Shown piece by piece: positions 36,444 to 45,831 of a DNA stretch of 64,000 nt. Positions within the stretch are counted from its first letter, which is position 1. Each line of letters starts with the position of its first letter. The stretch lies in sequence record NC_023568.1. One strand, written 5' to 3'. A model generated the notes under the pieces. That model searched no databases, was not told the DNA's origin, and worked only from the letters and a program-made list of their open reading frames with translations. Both the position numbers and the translations under genes were made by a program.

Positions 36444-36851
36444 ATGAAAATTCTACCAGATTTCCTTGATAACACTGAAATTCGCCGTGTAATTAGCGAA
36501 AAAGCACTGGAATTACGTCAAAATACCGCGATTTTAAGCGATGAAGACGCTTACACGTGTCATATTTTAGATGATCACGTCGAAATCAAGCTTGGCGTTC
36601 TTGCTCAACAAAAAGCTATGCGTATCATTAAAGATAAAGGCGAAGCTTTCTGTGACCATCTACAAGCTAATCCTGAAGCTGTATTTGGTCGTGAATTGAC
36701 TTCAACTGAAGCTGAATATCTCAACGAGATTTTTCAAAACAAGCTTAGTGCATTTGTACATAGCGTATCGCGTGTATTTGAAGATGCCGATGATATTGAT
36801 TTTGTATTTGTGCGTAAAGCATGGTTAAAATTCTTGATTAATTCACTATAA
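36444..36851 (+). CDS. hypothetical protein, YTC/RxxWL family
   Basis: AYTCHI and RKAWLKFL. Confidence 0.7.
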   Translation: MKILPDFLDNTEIRRVISEKALELRQNTAILSDEDAYTCHILDDHVEIKLGVLAQQKAMRIIKDKGEAFCDHLQANPEAVFGRELTSTEAEYLNEIFQNKLSAFVHSVSRVFEDADDIDFVFVRKAWLKFLINSL

Positions 36852-36866
36852 AAGCAAAAAAAAGTA

Positions 36867-36941
36867 CAAAAAGTGGTTGCGTGATGTAGCCACTTACTGT
36901 ATTATTCTCTTATCGAAACGAGATACAGAGAGAACATTATG
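36867..36941 (+). promoter_or_regulatory. PeSL-like cassette
   Basis: AAGTGGTTGC-GTGAT-GTAGCCACTT, TATTAT, ATCGAAACGAGATACAGAGAGAACATTATG. Confidence 0.8.
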
Positions 36942-37112
36942 ACTTACGCAAACGCTACTAAAATCGACGCAATTGAACTTGTTATGTCAATGACAGAAGA
37001 CCAGTTCTACGACCTTATTGCTGAATCAAATGCAAATGATGATTACGCGTTTTCTGCAAAAGTCATGAAAGCTCAATCTGACTTACGTCGCGCTGGTAAA
37101 ATTAACTACTAA
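36939..37112 (+). CDS. hypothetical early protein (57 aa)
   Basis: read manually after cassette RBS. Confidence 0.6.
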   Translation: MTYANATKIDAIELVMSMTEDQFYDLIAESNANDDYAFSAKVMKAQSDLRRAGKINY

Positions 37113-37173
37113 GTGCTTGACACTTCCACCAGCAATAGCCGATAATAGCTTTATTGAAACGAGAGAGAACATT

Positions 37174-37425
37174 ATGAACTTAATCACACGCAGCAAAATC
37201 AATCACGATTCACTTTGGCTTAAAATCTTGACTGCTGATAAGAGCGAAGTAAAGCTATTCATCGGTCGTACTGGTGTTAAAATCAGTCACAAAACGACTG
37301 CTGCTTCAGCTAATGTTATGCGTGAAGTCGCGAACAACGTAAACAAAATGTTCAATGAGCTATACAAGAGCGGTTTGCCTTACGGTCAAATCATCGAGAA
37401 AATTGAAGCAGCTTACAAGGGATAA
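37174..37425 (+). CDS. hypothetical early protein
   Basis: start after TTGACA..GATAAT promoter and GAGAGAGAACATTATG. Confidence 0.7.
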   Translation: MNLITRSKINHDSLWLKILTADKSEVKLFIGRTGVKISHKTTAASANVMREVANNVNKMFNELYKSGLPYGQIIEKIEAAYKG

Positions 37426-37428
37426 GAT

Positions 37429-37863
37429 ATGAGAGCAATTGAGAAATCAGAAATCATCAAAGAAATTCGCGCAATGGCTACTGAAATGTCTAATGACAAT
37501 GCTTTGCTTGCAGATTCTTACGAGTATAGCTGTTGTACTGTCGTGAATCGTGTTTCAGATTTGTTTGAAGCTCGATATGACTTGTCGAAAAGAGAAAAAG
37601 CAAGACTTTATGCACCATGTAATGAACATGTAGAAGAAGCAGGTCTTGAGTTTGTTAAAACTGTCATTGCAGACTCTTACGGTGTACTTGGTTTTATTCT
37701 ACCAGAAGATACAATCGATGAACTACAAGACGATTTTGATTGGGGTCTAGCAGGTGCTTTTGTACACGCGATTGCTCGTGCATACGGGCCGTTGAATAAA
37801 GAACATTTCGTAGCAGCACGTAAAGCATGGTTGAAATTCTTGTCACAGTACGAGGGAAAGTAA
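37429..37863 (+). CDS. hypothetical protein, YTC/RxxWL family
   Basis: EYSCC and ARKAWLKFL. Confidence 0.7.
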   Translation: MRAIEKSEIIKEIRAMATEMSNDNALLADSYEYSCCTVVNRVSDLFEARYDLSKREKARLYAPCNEHVEEAGLEFVKTVIADSYGVLGFILPEDTIDELQDDFDWGLAGAFVHAIARAYGPLNKEHFVAARKAWLKFLSQYEGK

Positions 37864-37864
37864 A

Positions 37865-38242
37865 ATGAATCTACACGAACTCATTCGCCAAGCCGCGTCT
37901 GATTTACTTGAAGATGACATCACTTCAAACATCAATAGCTATACGTGCAATCGCATTGTTGATCTTATCGACGATAGCAGTGATTACACTTATAGCGAAG
38001 TTAAAGCAGTTATTCGTGAACTCGCTAAGTCGTTCTTATATGCAGTATTGCGCAATCCCGTCGAAACACTTGGCTTTGAGCTAGAAGAGGCATCACGCTC
38101 TGAACTCAAGTGGATCATGGCTGATTCTTTCTTCTCATCTGCGTTCATTCACGTGATTTCTATGCGCGGTAAAGAAATTGATTTTGAATGTTTCGTAGCG
38201 GCTCGTAAAGCATGGCTGAAACATATCGTGGAGAATGTGTAA
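37865..38242 (+). CDS. hypothetical protein, YTC/RxxWL family
   Basis: SYTCNRI and ARKAWLKHI. Confidence 0.7.
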   Translation: MNLHELIRQAASDLLEDDITSNINSYTCNRIVDLIDDSSDYTYSEVKAVIRELAKSFLYAVLRNPVETLGFELEEASRSELKWIMADSFFSSAFIHVISMRGKEIDFECFVAARKAWLKHIVENV

Positions 38243-38664
38243 TGAAACATCTAAGTGAAATCAAAGTAGCTGCTGCTGAACTGCTAGAAGATGGTGATAT
38301 TTTAACGGATATGTACGGCTATACGTGTAATGAAATTGCGTTTCTTGTACGTTCTACAAAAGATGTAATGGAAAAATATTCGTCTTACGTTGACGTGAAA
38401 AACACGTTATCCGAGATTGCAGCGCCTTTTGTTAAGCGAGTTTATGACAATGCATTACAAGGCAAAATCGACTTGTCTGAAGCAGCACTGTCTAAGCTTA
38501 AAGCCTGTCTAAACGTCGATTATTACCGCGGTACGTTTATTCACGATATTGCTATTCAAGACAATGGCAAAGTAGATTTAGAGCTATTTACTGAATATCG
38601 TCGCCAATGGCTAGAGTTTATCTTGACTCAGCCGAGTGAACATGAAAATCAAAGAAAGGTATAA
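38242..38664 (+). CDS. hypothetical protein, YTC/RxxWL family
   Basis: GYTCNEI and RRQWLEFI. Confidence 0.7.
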   Translation: MKHLSEIKVAAAELLEDGDILTDMYGYTCNEIAFLVRSTKDVMEKYSSYVDVKNTLSEIAAPFVKRVYDNALQGKIDLSEAALSKLKACLNVDYYRGTFIHDIAIQDNGKVDLELFTEYRRQWLEFILTQPSEHENQRKV

Positions 38665-38666
38665 TC

Positions 38667-39017
38667 ATGACTTTAGCTGAACTAGCAGTAGAACATCCGT
38701 ATTACTGTGCTGATAGTAATTACCATAGTAACGAGTCGGGTGGTGTATTTGAGACAATGACAGAGTTTTTAGACGAGTTCGAAGACGCTGACGTTGATTA
38801 TAATCTAGTATTCCGTTGGGATGTCAAGCCGAACTTGTCTGAAGACTGCGAAACACCGCTTGATACGTACTACGCCGAGATCTTTATGATGCATCAACGT
38901 AAAGGTATTTTCGCGCCGTTCTTCATTCGTTCTATTACTGAAGACGAAGTACCGCGTTTTATCGAGTACTTGAAAGTACATCATCAAACAATGCAACAAC
39001 TATGGAAGCCACTATGA
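38667..39017 (+). CDS. hypothetical protein
   Basis: 116 aa ORF. Confidence 0.7.
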   Translation: MTLAELAVEHPYYCADSNYHSNESGGVFETMTEFLDEFEDADVDYNLVFRWDVKPNLSEDCETPLDTYYAEIFMMHQRKGIFAPFFIRSITEDEVPRFIEYLKVHHQTMQQLWKPL

Positions 39018-39256
39018 TCATTAATATTCTAGCGTTTTATCTACTTGTCGCACTTGGTGCTTATCTGTATATTGCTGGTGGTGATTATGCCATGTACAAG
39101 CTCAAAGGCAAGTTAGACAACAAGTTCCCGATTACATCAATCGAAACGCATAAGTGCATTGCTTTCTTTAGTTTAATCTGGTTCGCACTTGTGCTATTCT
39201 TTATCAGAGACCGTATGCTTGATATGGTCAACTATTTCACGGGAAATAAAAAATGA
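39014..39256 (+). CDS. membrane protein
   Basis: two hydrophobic segments. Confidence 0.6.
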   Translation: MIINILAFYLLVALGAYLYIAGGDYAMYKLKGKLDNKFPITSIETHKCIAFFSLIWFALVLFFIRDRMLDMVNYFTGNKK

Positions 39257-39474
39257 AAGATTTAATTGTAGGTATTGCGACTGTTTTCGTAGTCGCGTTT
39301 ATGGCGATTGTTGGGGTTATCTGGTCGATAATTGAATTCCTCGTCGGGCTGGTGGTACTATTAGGTGCTGTCATCATCGGTATTGTTGCGACTGTACTCG
39401 GGGCGTTTCTCGCAGCAATTACATGGCCATTTGTAGAAGCTCATAAAGCTTACAAACGTAAGAAAAATGATTAA
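39253..39474 (+). CDS. very hydrophobic membrane protein
   Basis: about 55 consecutive mostly apolar residues, basic tail. Confidence 0.65.
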   Translation: MKDLIVGIATVFVVAFMAIVGVIWSIIEFLVGLVVLLGAVIIGIVATVLGAFLAAITWPFVEAHKAYKRKKND

Positions 39475-39802
39475 TCTAAGATCATTGCTCGCCAGAGTCA
39501 AACAAGAGCGTGATGGTCCTGTATTCGATGAATGTCGATGTACTGTATGTCATAAAGACTTTGCAGTTGCAGATTGTATTCATGATTACGGGCATCACGA
39601 CGGTTGGGAAATGCCACCTTATACTGAAATTCAATGCCCTGAGTGTGAATGTGGTGGTTGTATTGAAGATTTCTGGTCGAGTGAAAAAGCAATTATTGAA
39701 CATGGTGAATATCTACGCGAACATAAACCATGTCAATTTGAAGAATACAAGACGTACTTCCCAGACGTGTATGGGGTTGATAATGAAACTCAAAAAAGGT
39801 AG
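39467..39802 (+). CDS. putative zinc-ribbon protein
   Basis: CTVC and CPEC pairs. Confidence 0.6.
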   Translation: MINLRSLLARVKQERDGPVFDECRCTVCHKDFAVADCIHDYGHHDGWEMPPYTEIQCPECECGGCIEDFWSSEKAIIEHGEYLREHKPCQFEEYKTYFPDVYGVDNETQKR

Positions 39803-39989
39803 TGTTTTAGAAGAGACTTTGCTCGGCGATGCGTTCAACTATGAAATTGTCTCGCCAGTGACGGTTCGGAAAGACAAGTATTCATTTGTAATGCAAGTTA
39901 TAAGTGTAGCTGGTAAGAAGATCGTTAATGGTTATCGTGCAAACATGACCATTAACAAAACGTCTAGTCGATTTAAAGTCATAAAGTGA
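39783..39989 (+). CDS. hypothetical protein
   Basis: likely start MKLKKG within longer ORF. Confidence 0.45.
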   Translation: MKLKKGSVLEETLLGDAFNYEIVSPVTVRKDKYSFVMQVISVAGKKIVNGYRANMTINKTSSRFKVIK

Positions 39990-40154
39990 GAAGCAAAATG
40001 TATAATGGTAATATGAACACTCCCGCGGGAATAGACTTAGACAAGCGTTCAGAATCGTACGAGGATTTCCTACTGAAGAGTAATGACAACTCTGAATATT
40101 CCCGTCGTGTAAAGCGCGCCATTAAAGCGAAACGAGCAAAGCGAGGTTATTAAC

Positions 40155-40589
40155 ATGATTTACCGTTTCTGGAAAACATCAAATGATATCTGTCTTATTG
40201 AAATGACAGACGACCATGCCAACGAAGGCAAACGAGCGTATATGACTGACATGAATGATCTATACAAAGAAGAACATGGTCGTTATATTCTGCTCGGTCA
40301 TATTCATGCTTGGGGTACTATTGACTTTAGTACTTACGATATTCGCGAGTTACGTTGTCTCGGCTCTATTGAAACACAAGATCTTACTTTATCAGCTCAA
40401 GATAAATCTATCTTACAGCGTTGTATTGATAAAGAGGGGTTTGATTACGCCATGTTCCATTACAGTGATTATCACACAGTCGAGCGCAATCGAGTTCACT
40501 CTAAAGATTTTCATGCACTGAGAAACAATCTAGTCTCTGCTAAACGTGAGCTTGAAACATGGTTATCTATGCAAGGGGTTGAGTTATGA
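40155..40589 (+). CDS. hypothetical protein
   Basis: GAGG RBS. Confidence 0.65.
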   Translation: MIYRFWKTSNDICLIEMTDDHANEGKRAYMTDMNDLYKEEHGRYILLGHIHAWGTIDFSTYDIRELRCLGSIETQDLTLSAQDKSILQRCIDKEGFDYAMFHYSDYHTVERNRVHSKDFHALRNNLVSAKRELETWLSMQGVEL

Positions 40590-40771
40590 AAGTAGGTGAC
40601 GTTGTTAAAGTCTCTGCTGCGCCAGCTAGTCGTTATCACAATATCGACGGTCAACCAGTGACTATAATTGCTATTACTGAACATGATAACAAGCCGTTAT
40701 ACGTGTTCTTTCATGGCGGTCAGAACGGTACTGGTTATGGGGCAATGTTAGAGCACGGGTTTAAACGATGA
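40586..40771 (+). CDS. small SH3-like hypothetical protein
   Basis: MKVGDVVKV start. Confidence 0.55.
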   Translation: MKVGDVVKVSAAPASRYHNIDGQPVTIIAITEHDNKPLYVFFHGGQNGTGYGAMLEHGFKR

Positions 40772-40919
40772 ACAAGATGTATGCCATTCGTTCTTCTCTA
40801 TACGGGTTGTTATGGAAAGTCGTTATATTCTCAGACAACTACGACCGAAGAACTGTTTCATATCATTTCACTTACAACGGGGCTTATGAGTTATGTCGTA
40901 AGCTAAACGAGGAAAGACA

Positions 40920-41387
40920 ATGATACAGGTACAACAAGTTTCACTAGATATTGACCAATGGCTTGAGTATTCTTTGCAGAAATTCGAAGACGCGAAATCG
41001 CAATATCTCAAAGCCGTTGCTACAGCGAATGCATTCTCATGGAAGAAAGAAGAACCAGTTCTGGTGAAAACGTTCTTCATGGAATACGGTGGTGAAAGTG
41101 ATCCTCGTTATCTGCTTGAGTTCTGGTCTGAAGTCAATGCATATATTGACGAGCACACGAGCGACGACTGGCAGTTTTGTTGTATTGAAGAAAACGAGTA
41201 TGACGCCAACGATGACCCGTATGAAGATTACGAAATGCTATCGACTTCTATTGCAGTATATGCAACGGTCAAAGGCGATGATTACACGCAGTCTGAAGAA
41301 TATCGAGCGTTGAAAGATGACGTTGATCGTTGTCTAGATCATCTATTAGAATGCAAGGAAAATTTCAAGCGGGAGTTTAACAAATGA
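40920..41387 (+). CDS. acidic hypothetical protein
   Basis: GAGG RBS. Confidence 0.65.
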   Translation: MIQVQQVSLDIDQWLEYSLQKFEDAKSQYLKAVATANAFSWKKEEPVLVKTFFMEYGGESDPRYLLEFWSEVNAYIDEHTSDDWQFCCIEENEYDANDDPYEDYEMLSTSIAVYATVKGDDYTQSEEYRALKDDVDRCLDHLLECKENFKREFNK

Positions 41388-41704
41388 GCCAAATGGAATA
41401 TAATAAAGGGGTATTGCATCCCACTAGAAAGTCGATTGAAGAACTAGCTGAAGAACTCGTAACAGATTTACCAAGCTATTACGATTCTAAAGTCGAATAT
41501 CTCTTGGATAATCACGTCGATTATGGGCTAGTTTTGGTTTGTGACAAACCTTACACTGTCACTTTTGAAGCCGAGCGCGAAGACCTATATCATATTGCAC
41601 GCGCTGACGTGCAAGAAAACGGTGATATTCATTTCGAGACGTATCACTATAACGGTGGTGCTCACTGGACTGAAGTAGTAGAAGGTGCATTGCGTGAAAG
41701 TTGA
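41384..41704 (+). CDS. hypothetical protein
   Basis: coupled ORF. Confidence 0.65.
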   Translation: MSQMEYNKGVLHPTRKSIEELAEELVTDLPSYYDSKVEYLLDNHVDYGLVLVCDKPYTVTFEAEREDLYHIARADVQENGDIHFETYHYNGGAHWTEVVEGALRES

Positions 41705-42608
41705 TTCAGTAGACAAGATTGCCATGTACATGTCGATGGTGAGTAAAACCCCTTTTCGATACAAGGGTAATTTGTACGTCCCTAAGACGATGCGCATTCA
41801 AGAGAACATACGCAAGGGATTTTTATGTCCAGCGTCTTGTGGTTCATGTTGTGGTCGTTGGAGTTTAGATTATCTACCAAATGACTATCTCGATGAACAT
41901 GACACGCATGGTGTAGAGACACGCGCTCCGTTAGAAGCTCAATCTGACTTATACGAAAAGCGTGTAATCAATGTCAACGGGAAAGACGTAGTTTTACTTT
42001 CTGACACTCAAGAAAAAGATTACACGAATAGAACATTAAAGCCGAATGCATGTCGTAATGTCAGTATGACAGGTCGTTGTGATATTCACAATTTCGTATT
42101 ACAAGGTGATTATGGTCAACCGTTCTCATGTGATTTCGAAATCATACGTTTCATCTCACCTGCTGGTCATGCTCAAGGTCATGTAACAGAGAAGCAATTC
42201 AAAGAGGGTATTAGATACTCGATTGGTCGTATTACAACTGATCTGTATGCCAATGACCGTCATATGCGCGACGTACATGGTAAATGGCGTGAAATGAAGA
42301 GCTTGTCACACCCTGATTTTATCGATGTTAAACATGTTGATTTACCTGGCCCTAAGTGTAAACTAACTGACGTAGATGAAGACAGCGTTGCCGATGCGAT
42401 TCGTAAGTTTCGTCGTCTACAAGTATGGAGTGATTACTTCGGTATTGAGACGTGGTTAGATGAGATCATCGACTGGCTTGAAACGAAGAAGTTCGGTTCA
42501 TTTGTTGTTAATGCACAGCCACAGACGAAATTCAAAGAATCAGATACAGGTTATACGAACATGAAGCCGTATGAACTAAGTGATTATGAGAAAAATGAAG
42601 ATAATTGA
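41694..42608 (+). CDS. YkgJ-type cysteine cluster protein
   Basis: CPASCGSCC, then C..V..TGRC.IH...P.SC. Confidence 0.6.
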   Translation: MKVDSVDKIAMYMSMVSKTPFRYKGNLYVPKTMRIQENIRKGFLCPASCGSCCGRWSLDYLPNDYLDEHDTHGVETRAPLEAQSDLYEKRVINVNGKDVVLLSDTQEKDYTNRTLKPNACRNVSMTGRCDIHNFVLQGDYGQPFSCDFEIIRFISPAGHAQGHVTEKQFKEGIRYSIGRITTDLYANDRHMRDVHGKWREMKSLSHPDFIDVKHVDLPGPKCKLTDVDEDSVADAIRKFRRLQVWSDYFGIETWLDEIIDWLETKKFGSFVVNAQPQTKFKESDTGYTNMKPYELSDYEKNEDN

Positions 42609-42937
42609 TGGTTGTCAATGGTGATTATCTAATGAGAATAGTTGAATTAGAAGCGCAAATGAAAGCTCTTCAGAAAGAGATTGACGAAGAGCGTGATAAA
42701 TGTCGTCATACAAGAGTCACGTATACTATTGGTTCAAATGACAGTGGTGATTGGCGTGATGTTCGTTGTATTGACTGCAAGACCGTACATCGTTTCTACT
42801 CTCATGTTGATATATTAAACTATCATATGCAACGTGAGATTGGTAGTGATTTGAGTATTGAAGAAGAGAAGTACAAAATCTACTTGCAAGTTAAAGCAGC
42901 GATTGACGGTGAGCCAGTTCCACCATATCCATATTAA
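42608..42937 (+). CDS. hypothetical protein, paralog of 43516..43818
   Basis: ELEAQ..ER..C.HTRV.Y and V.CIDC. Confidence 0.7.
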   Translation: MVVNGDYLMRIVELEAQMKALQKEIDEERDKCRHTRVTYTIGSNDSGDWRDVRCIDCKTVHRFYSHVDILNYHMQREIGSDLSIEEEKYKIYLQVKAAIDGEPVPPYPY

Positions 42938-42945
42938 GGACTAAC

Positions 42946-43515
42946 ATGGCAAAACTTTACTACAATTATTCCGCTATGAACGCGGGCAAATCTGCACAGT
43001 TGTTACAAGCTGCTCATAACTATGAACAGACTGGTTCTACTGTGTGGTATTTTAACTACTACCAAGACAATCGTTTTGGTGGAACTGGTAAGATCTCAAG
43101 TCGTATTGGGCTTGAGCATGATGCAGTATTGTACTCTGAGGACTTCGACTTCATTGACTATGCGTTATTTGAACTAGTTCCTGCTGCGATTTTCGTTGAC
43201 GAATGTCAGTTTCTAACTGAGAAACAAGTACTTCAGCTTGCTACTCTTGTTGATCAGTACAACATACCAGTGCTTTGTTATGGCATACGTAATGATTACA
43301 TGGGTAATTTGTTTGCGGGTTCTGCTGCATTGATGTGCCATGCCGATGAGATTCGCGAAATCAAAGCAATGTGTTCAGTTGATGGTTGTCATAAGAAAGC
43401 AACACATATCGGCTTGTACATCGATGGTGAGCGCGTAACAGAAGGCGAGCAGACACATATCGGTGATACTGATTACCGTAGTATGTGTCGTAAGCATTTT
43501 CTAAAGGGGATTTAG
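42946..43515 (+). CDS. tk: thymidine kinase
   Basis: YSAMNAGKS, SSRIG, VDECQF, YG.RND, C. Confidence 0.95.
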   Translation: MAKLYYNYSAMNAGKSAQLLQAAHNYEQTGSTVWYFNYYQDNRFGGTGKISSRIGLEHDAVLYSEDFDFIDYALFELVPAAIFVDECQFLTEKQVLQLATLVDQYNIPVLCYGIRNDYMGNLFAGSAALMCHADEIREIKAMCSVDGCHKKATHIGLYIDGERVTEGEQTHIGDTDYRSMCRKHFLKGI

Positions 43516-43818
43516 ATGGACAGCGTATTTGAATTAGAAGCGCAGATTGCCGAGCTTCAACATAAGTTAGAACAAGAGCGCAGTCGTTGCCAACATACTC
43601 GTGTGGCTTATGAACTCAAGTCTAACACGGGCAATTACGACCCGACGTGTGATTGTTATTGGAATGAAGTGAAATGCATTGACTGTGGTACTCGTATGCA
43701 TTTTGATTCAGACGATGACAATATAAATTATCGTCTTAAAGGTGTAATCGGTTCTGAAGCGCAAATTCAGAAGACCGATTACGAAACATATTTGAAAGTG
43801 AAAAGGGTGTTGGGATGA
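43516..43818 (+). CDS. hypothetical protein, paralog of 42608..42937
   Basis: same motifs as 42608..42937. Confidence 0.7.
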   Translation: MDSVFELEAQIAELQHKLEQERSRCQHTRVAYELKSNTGNYDPTCDCYWNEVKCIDCGTRMHFDSDDDNINYRLKGVIGSEAQIQKTDYETYLKVKRVLG

Positions 43819-44162
43819 AATACGTACGTTATACAGAATATAACGATCACGAAGGTGAAACATGGCATCGTTTTATACCGATGACAGACCCGTGTTTAGA
43901 CAAGTTTCTAGATGTCATGAAGCTAGTTGAAGATGATCCCGAAGAATCGTATTCGATTGAAGTCGATGCCGACGGTAAAGTTGTTCAATACGACGAATCA
44001 TACGTGAAAGTTCTTGAAGAAGAAAGTACGTATATGAGCGGTTACATGGACGTGTATGCCGTATGTAATATTAACGAAAAGCTATTCGAATGGGTTGCCG
44101 ATGTCGAAAATGACGTTGAAGCAACTTGCGAACTACTATACAAAATGGGGTGGGCAAAATGA
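43815..44162 (+). CDS. acidic hypothetical protein
   Basis: coupled ORF. Confidence 0.65.
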   Translation: MKYVRYTEYNDHEGETWHRFIPMTDPCLDKFLDVMKLVEDDPEESYSIEVDADGKVVQYDESYVKVLEEESTYMSGYMDVYAVCNINEKLFEWVADVENDVEATCELLYKMGWAK

Positions 44163-44482
44163 GCCAAGCACTATATGACGCAGTAAAAGCGTACAACGAC
44201 GAACATGGTTATTCAAACGAGCCAGATTCGATGTATGAAACATTTGTAGAATGTTTGAGCAAGCGAGTCGTCCAAGAAGAAACCGATTCTGAGCATCGTT
44301 GGTATGACGTTCGTTCTGTCGTACATGCTGTTGACATCGACGGTGTAGAGCGTTACTTCGCTACGTTTGATTATCACATTACTGGTGATAACTGTGCCAG
44401 TGACATGTGTTTAGACATGCCGACGCTTGATGATGTAGCAGAAGTTCATCCGCATCAAGTGACAATGACTGTTTACAAGTAA
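44159..44482 (+). CDS. acidic hypothetical protein
   Basis: coupled ORF. Confidence 0.65.
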   Translation: MSQALYDAVKAYNDEHGYSNEPDSMYETFVECLSKRVVQEETDSEHRWYDVRSVVHAVDIDGVERYFATFDYHITGDNCASDMCLDMPTLDDVAEVHPHQVTMTVYK

Positions 44483-44766
44483 TGGACAAATGTACATTAA
44501 CTGCGTTATGTGAGCGGGCGGCTTTGTTGTCTGTTCACTTACCAGTTGAGAAGCGTGACCGTTGTCTATCTATGATTGATGTGCTACTAGCTAATTCACA
44601 TTGGCCCGATCTAAAGATTGGTGGTTGGTTAGAGCACATTATCACAGTGTGTATTGAAAACGATATAACGACTATCGACGCAGAGCGTGAATTCAGTCGT
44701 CCGATAAAACATGCGTATTACAGAAGTATAGGTCTTGAACCGCCAGTGACAATTGATCTATCATAA
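44482..44766 (+). CDS. hypothetical protein
   Basis: coupled ORF. Confidence 0.65.
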   Translation: MDKCTLTALCERAALLSVHLPVEKRDRCLSMIDVLLANSHWPDLKIGGWLEHIITVCIENDITTIDAEREFSRPIKHAYYRSIGLEPPVTIDLS

Positions 44767-44798
44767 GTAATACGTAAGTCATCAAATAAGGAACAACA

Positions 44799-45092
44799 AT
44801 GAAAAGCTTTAAAGAATTCAACGAGTCGGTCATGCGCGTATCGAAAAATTTCATATACAACACGCCGAATCGAAACATCGATCTAGTTGTGTTAGATGTA
44901 ACTGATGATTCTGGTAATTGGAATGTATCAGGTGATACAGTTCATTATGTTGAGTATACAGGTGTGAGTGTAAGTGAAGTGAAAACAGCAAGCGTAGCGC
45001 AGTTTACTTCTCTTGTAACTAAACGCGGTTCTCGATTAGATCGTGGTCAGATTGAAAAGATAAAAAGCGGTGAAGATTTAATTAGCCGTTAA
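44799..45092 (+). CDS. candidate capsid-internal protein
   Basis: N-terminus MKSFKEFNE; AAGGA RBS; CATAAGTA upstream; terminator downstream. Confidence 0.6.
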   Translation: MKSFKEFNESVMRVSKNFIYNTPNRNIDLVVLDVTDDSGNWNVSGDTVHYVEYTGVSVSEVKTASVAQFTSLVTKRGSRLDRGQIEKIKSGEDLISR

Positions 45093-45104
45093 TTAGCCGT
45101 TAAT

Positions 45105-45129
45105 AAAGCCCCTTAATTGGGGCTTTTTT
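45105..45129 (+). terminator. intrinsic terminator
   Basis: AAAGCCCC-TTAATT-GGGGCTTTTTT. Confidence 0.85.
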
Positions 45130-45170
45130 AGGTCTGAAGAAAAATAAAAGAAAAAAGTTTAAGTTTTTTG

Positions 45171-45267
45171 CAAAAAGTGGTTGCGTGGTGAATGGTGATT
45201 TAGTATTATATCTACATCGAAACGAGATACACAATCTTAAACGACTTAACTAAGAGAGAACATTATG
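45171..45267 (+). promoter_or_regulatory. repeated early promoter cassette
   Basis: AAAAAGTGGTTGCG..TATTAT..ACATCGAAACGAGATAC..GAGAGAACATTATG. Confidence 0.8.
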
Positions 45268-45831
45268 CCAAGCAATCTAAACAACATCAAAATCAAAGAC
45301 ATTCGCGAATTCGGTATCAGCACTATTTTATACAAAGATTTCACTATCTTTGCTACTGAAGAAGCAGATGAGATTGTACTACGCGCTGCTGTATGTTACG
45401 ACGAAAACTCAGACGCACACGTATCAGTGACTGAAGTATGCGGTGACACTCTTAAAGAAGCGAAAGCTTACTTGCAAGCTGAGTTGAACGACATCGAGCA
45501 CACTGCTGGTCAAATCGCTGAAATGGCAATTGCACAAGATGACTTCACTGGTCAATACGAAGACCTAGTTGCGAAATGCACTGCTCCGAAAGTTGAAAAA
45601 CCAGTAGAAGTTAAAGCCGAAGCGCCTAAGAAAACTAACGTACGTGGTCAAGCAGCACGTGAATTAGTAGCTGAGAAAGCAACAGAGATTCTTGGTATGA
45701 CTGACATCACTTTTGAGCAGCGTGGCAAGTACAAAGATTGGTACATCATGAGCAACGACGCTGAAGGCAATGCATTTGAGCAACGTCTAGACGTATTCAA
45801 GAAGAAACTAGTAGTAATGGGAGCACTGTAA
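45265..45831 (+). CDS. hypothetical early protein
   Basis: 188 aa after cassette. Confidence 0.7.
   Translation: MPSNLNNIKIKDIREFGISTILYKDFTIFATEEADEIVLRAAVCYDENSDAHVSVTEVCGDTLKEAKAYLQAELNDIEHTAGQIAEMAIAQDDFTGQYEDLVAKCTAPKVEKPVEVKAEAPKKTNVRGQAARELVAEKATEILGMTDITFEQRGKYKDWYIMSNDAEGNAFEQRLDVFKKKLVVMGAL

Noticed and set aside
41694-42608. Missing QueE
   Set aside because: Cys pattern is YkgJ-like, without radical-SAM TGGEP or related motifs
45081-45103. Short tandem duplication TTAGCCGTTAA x2
   Set aside because: An 11-bp slippage at a stop codon with no evident function
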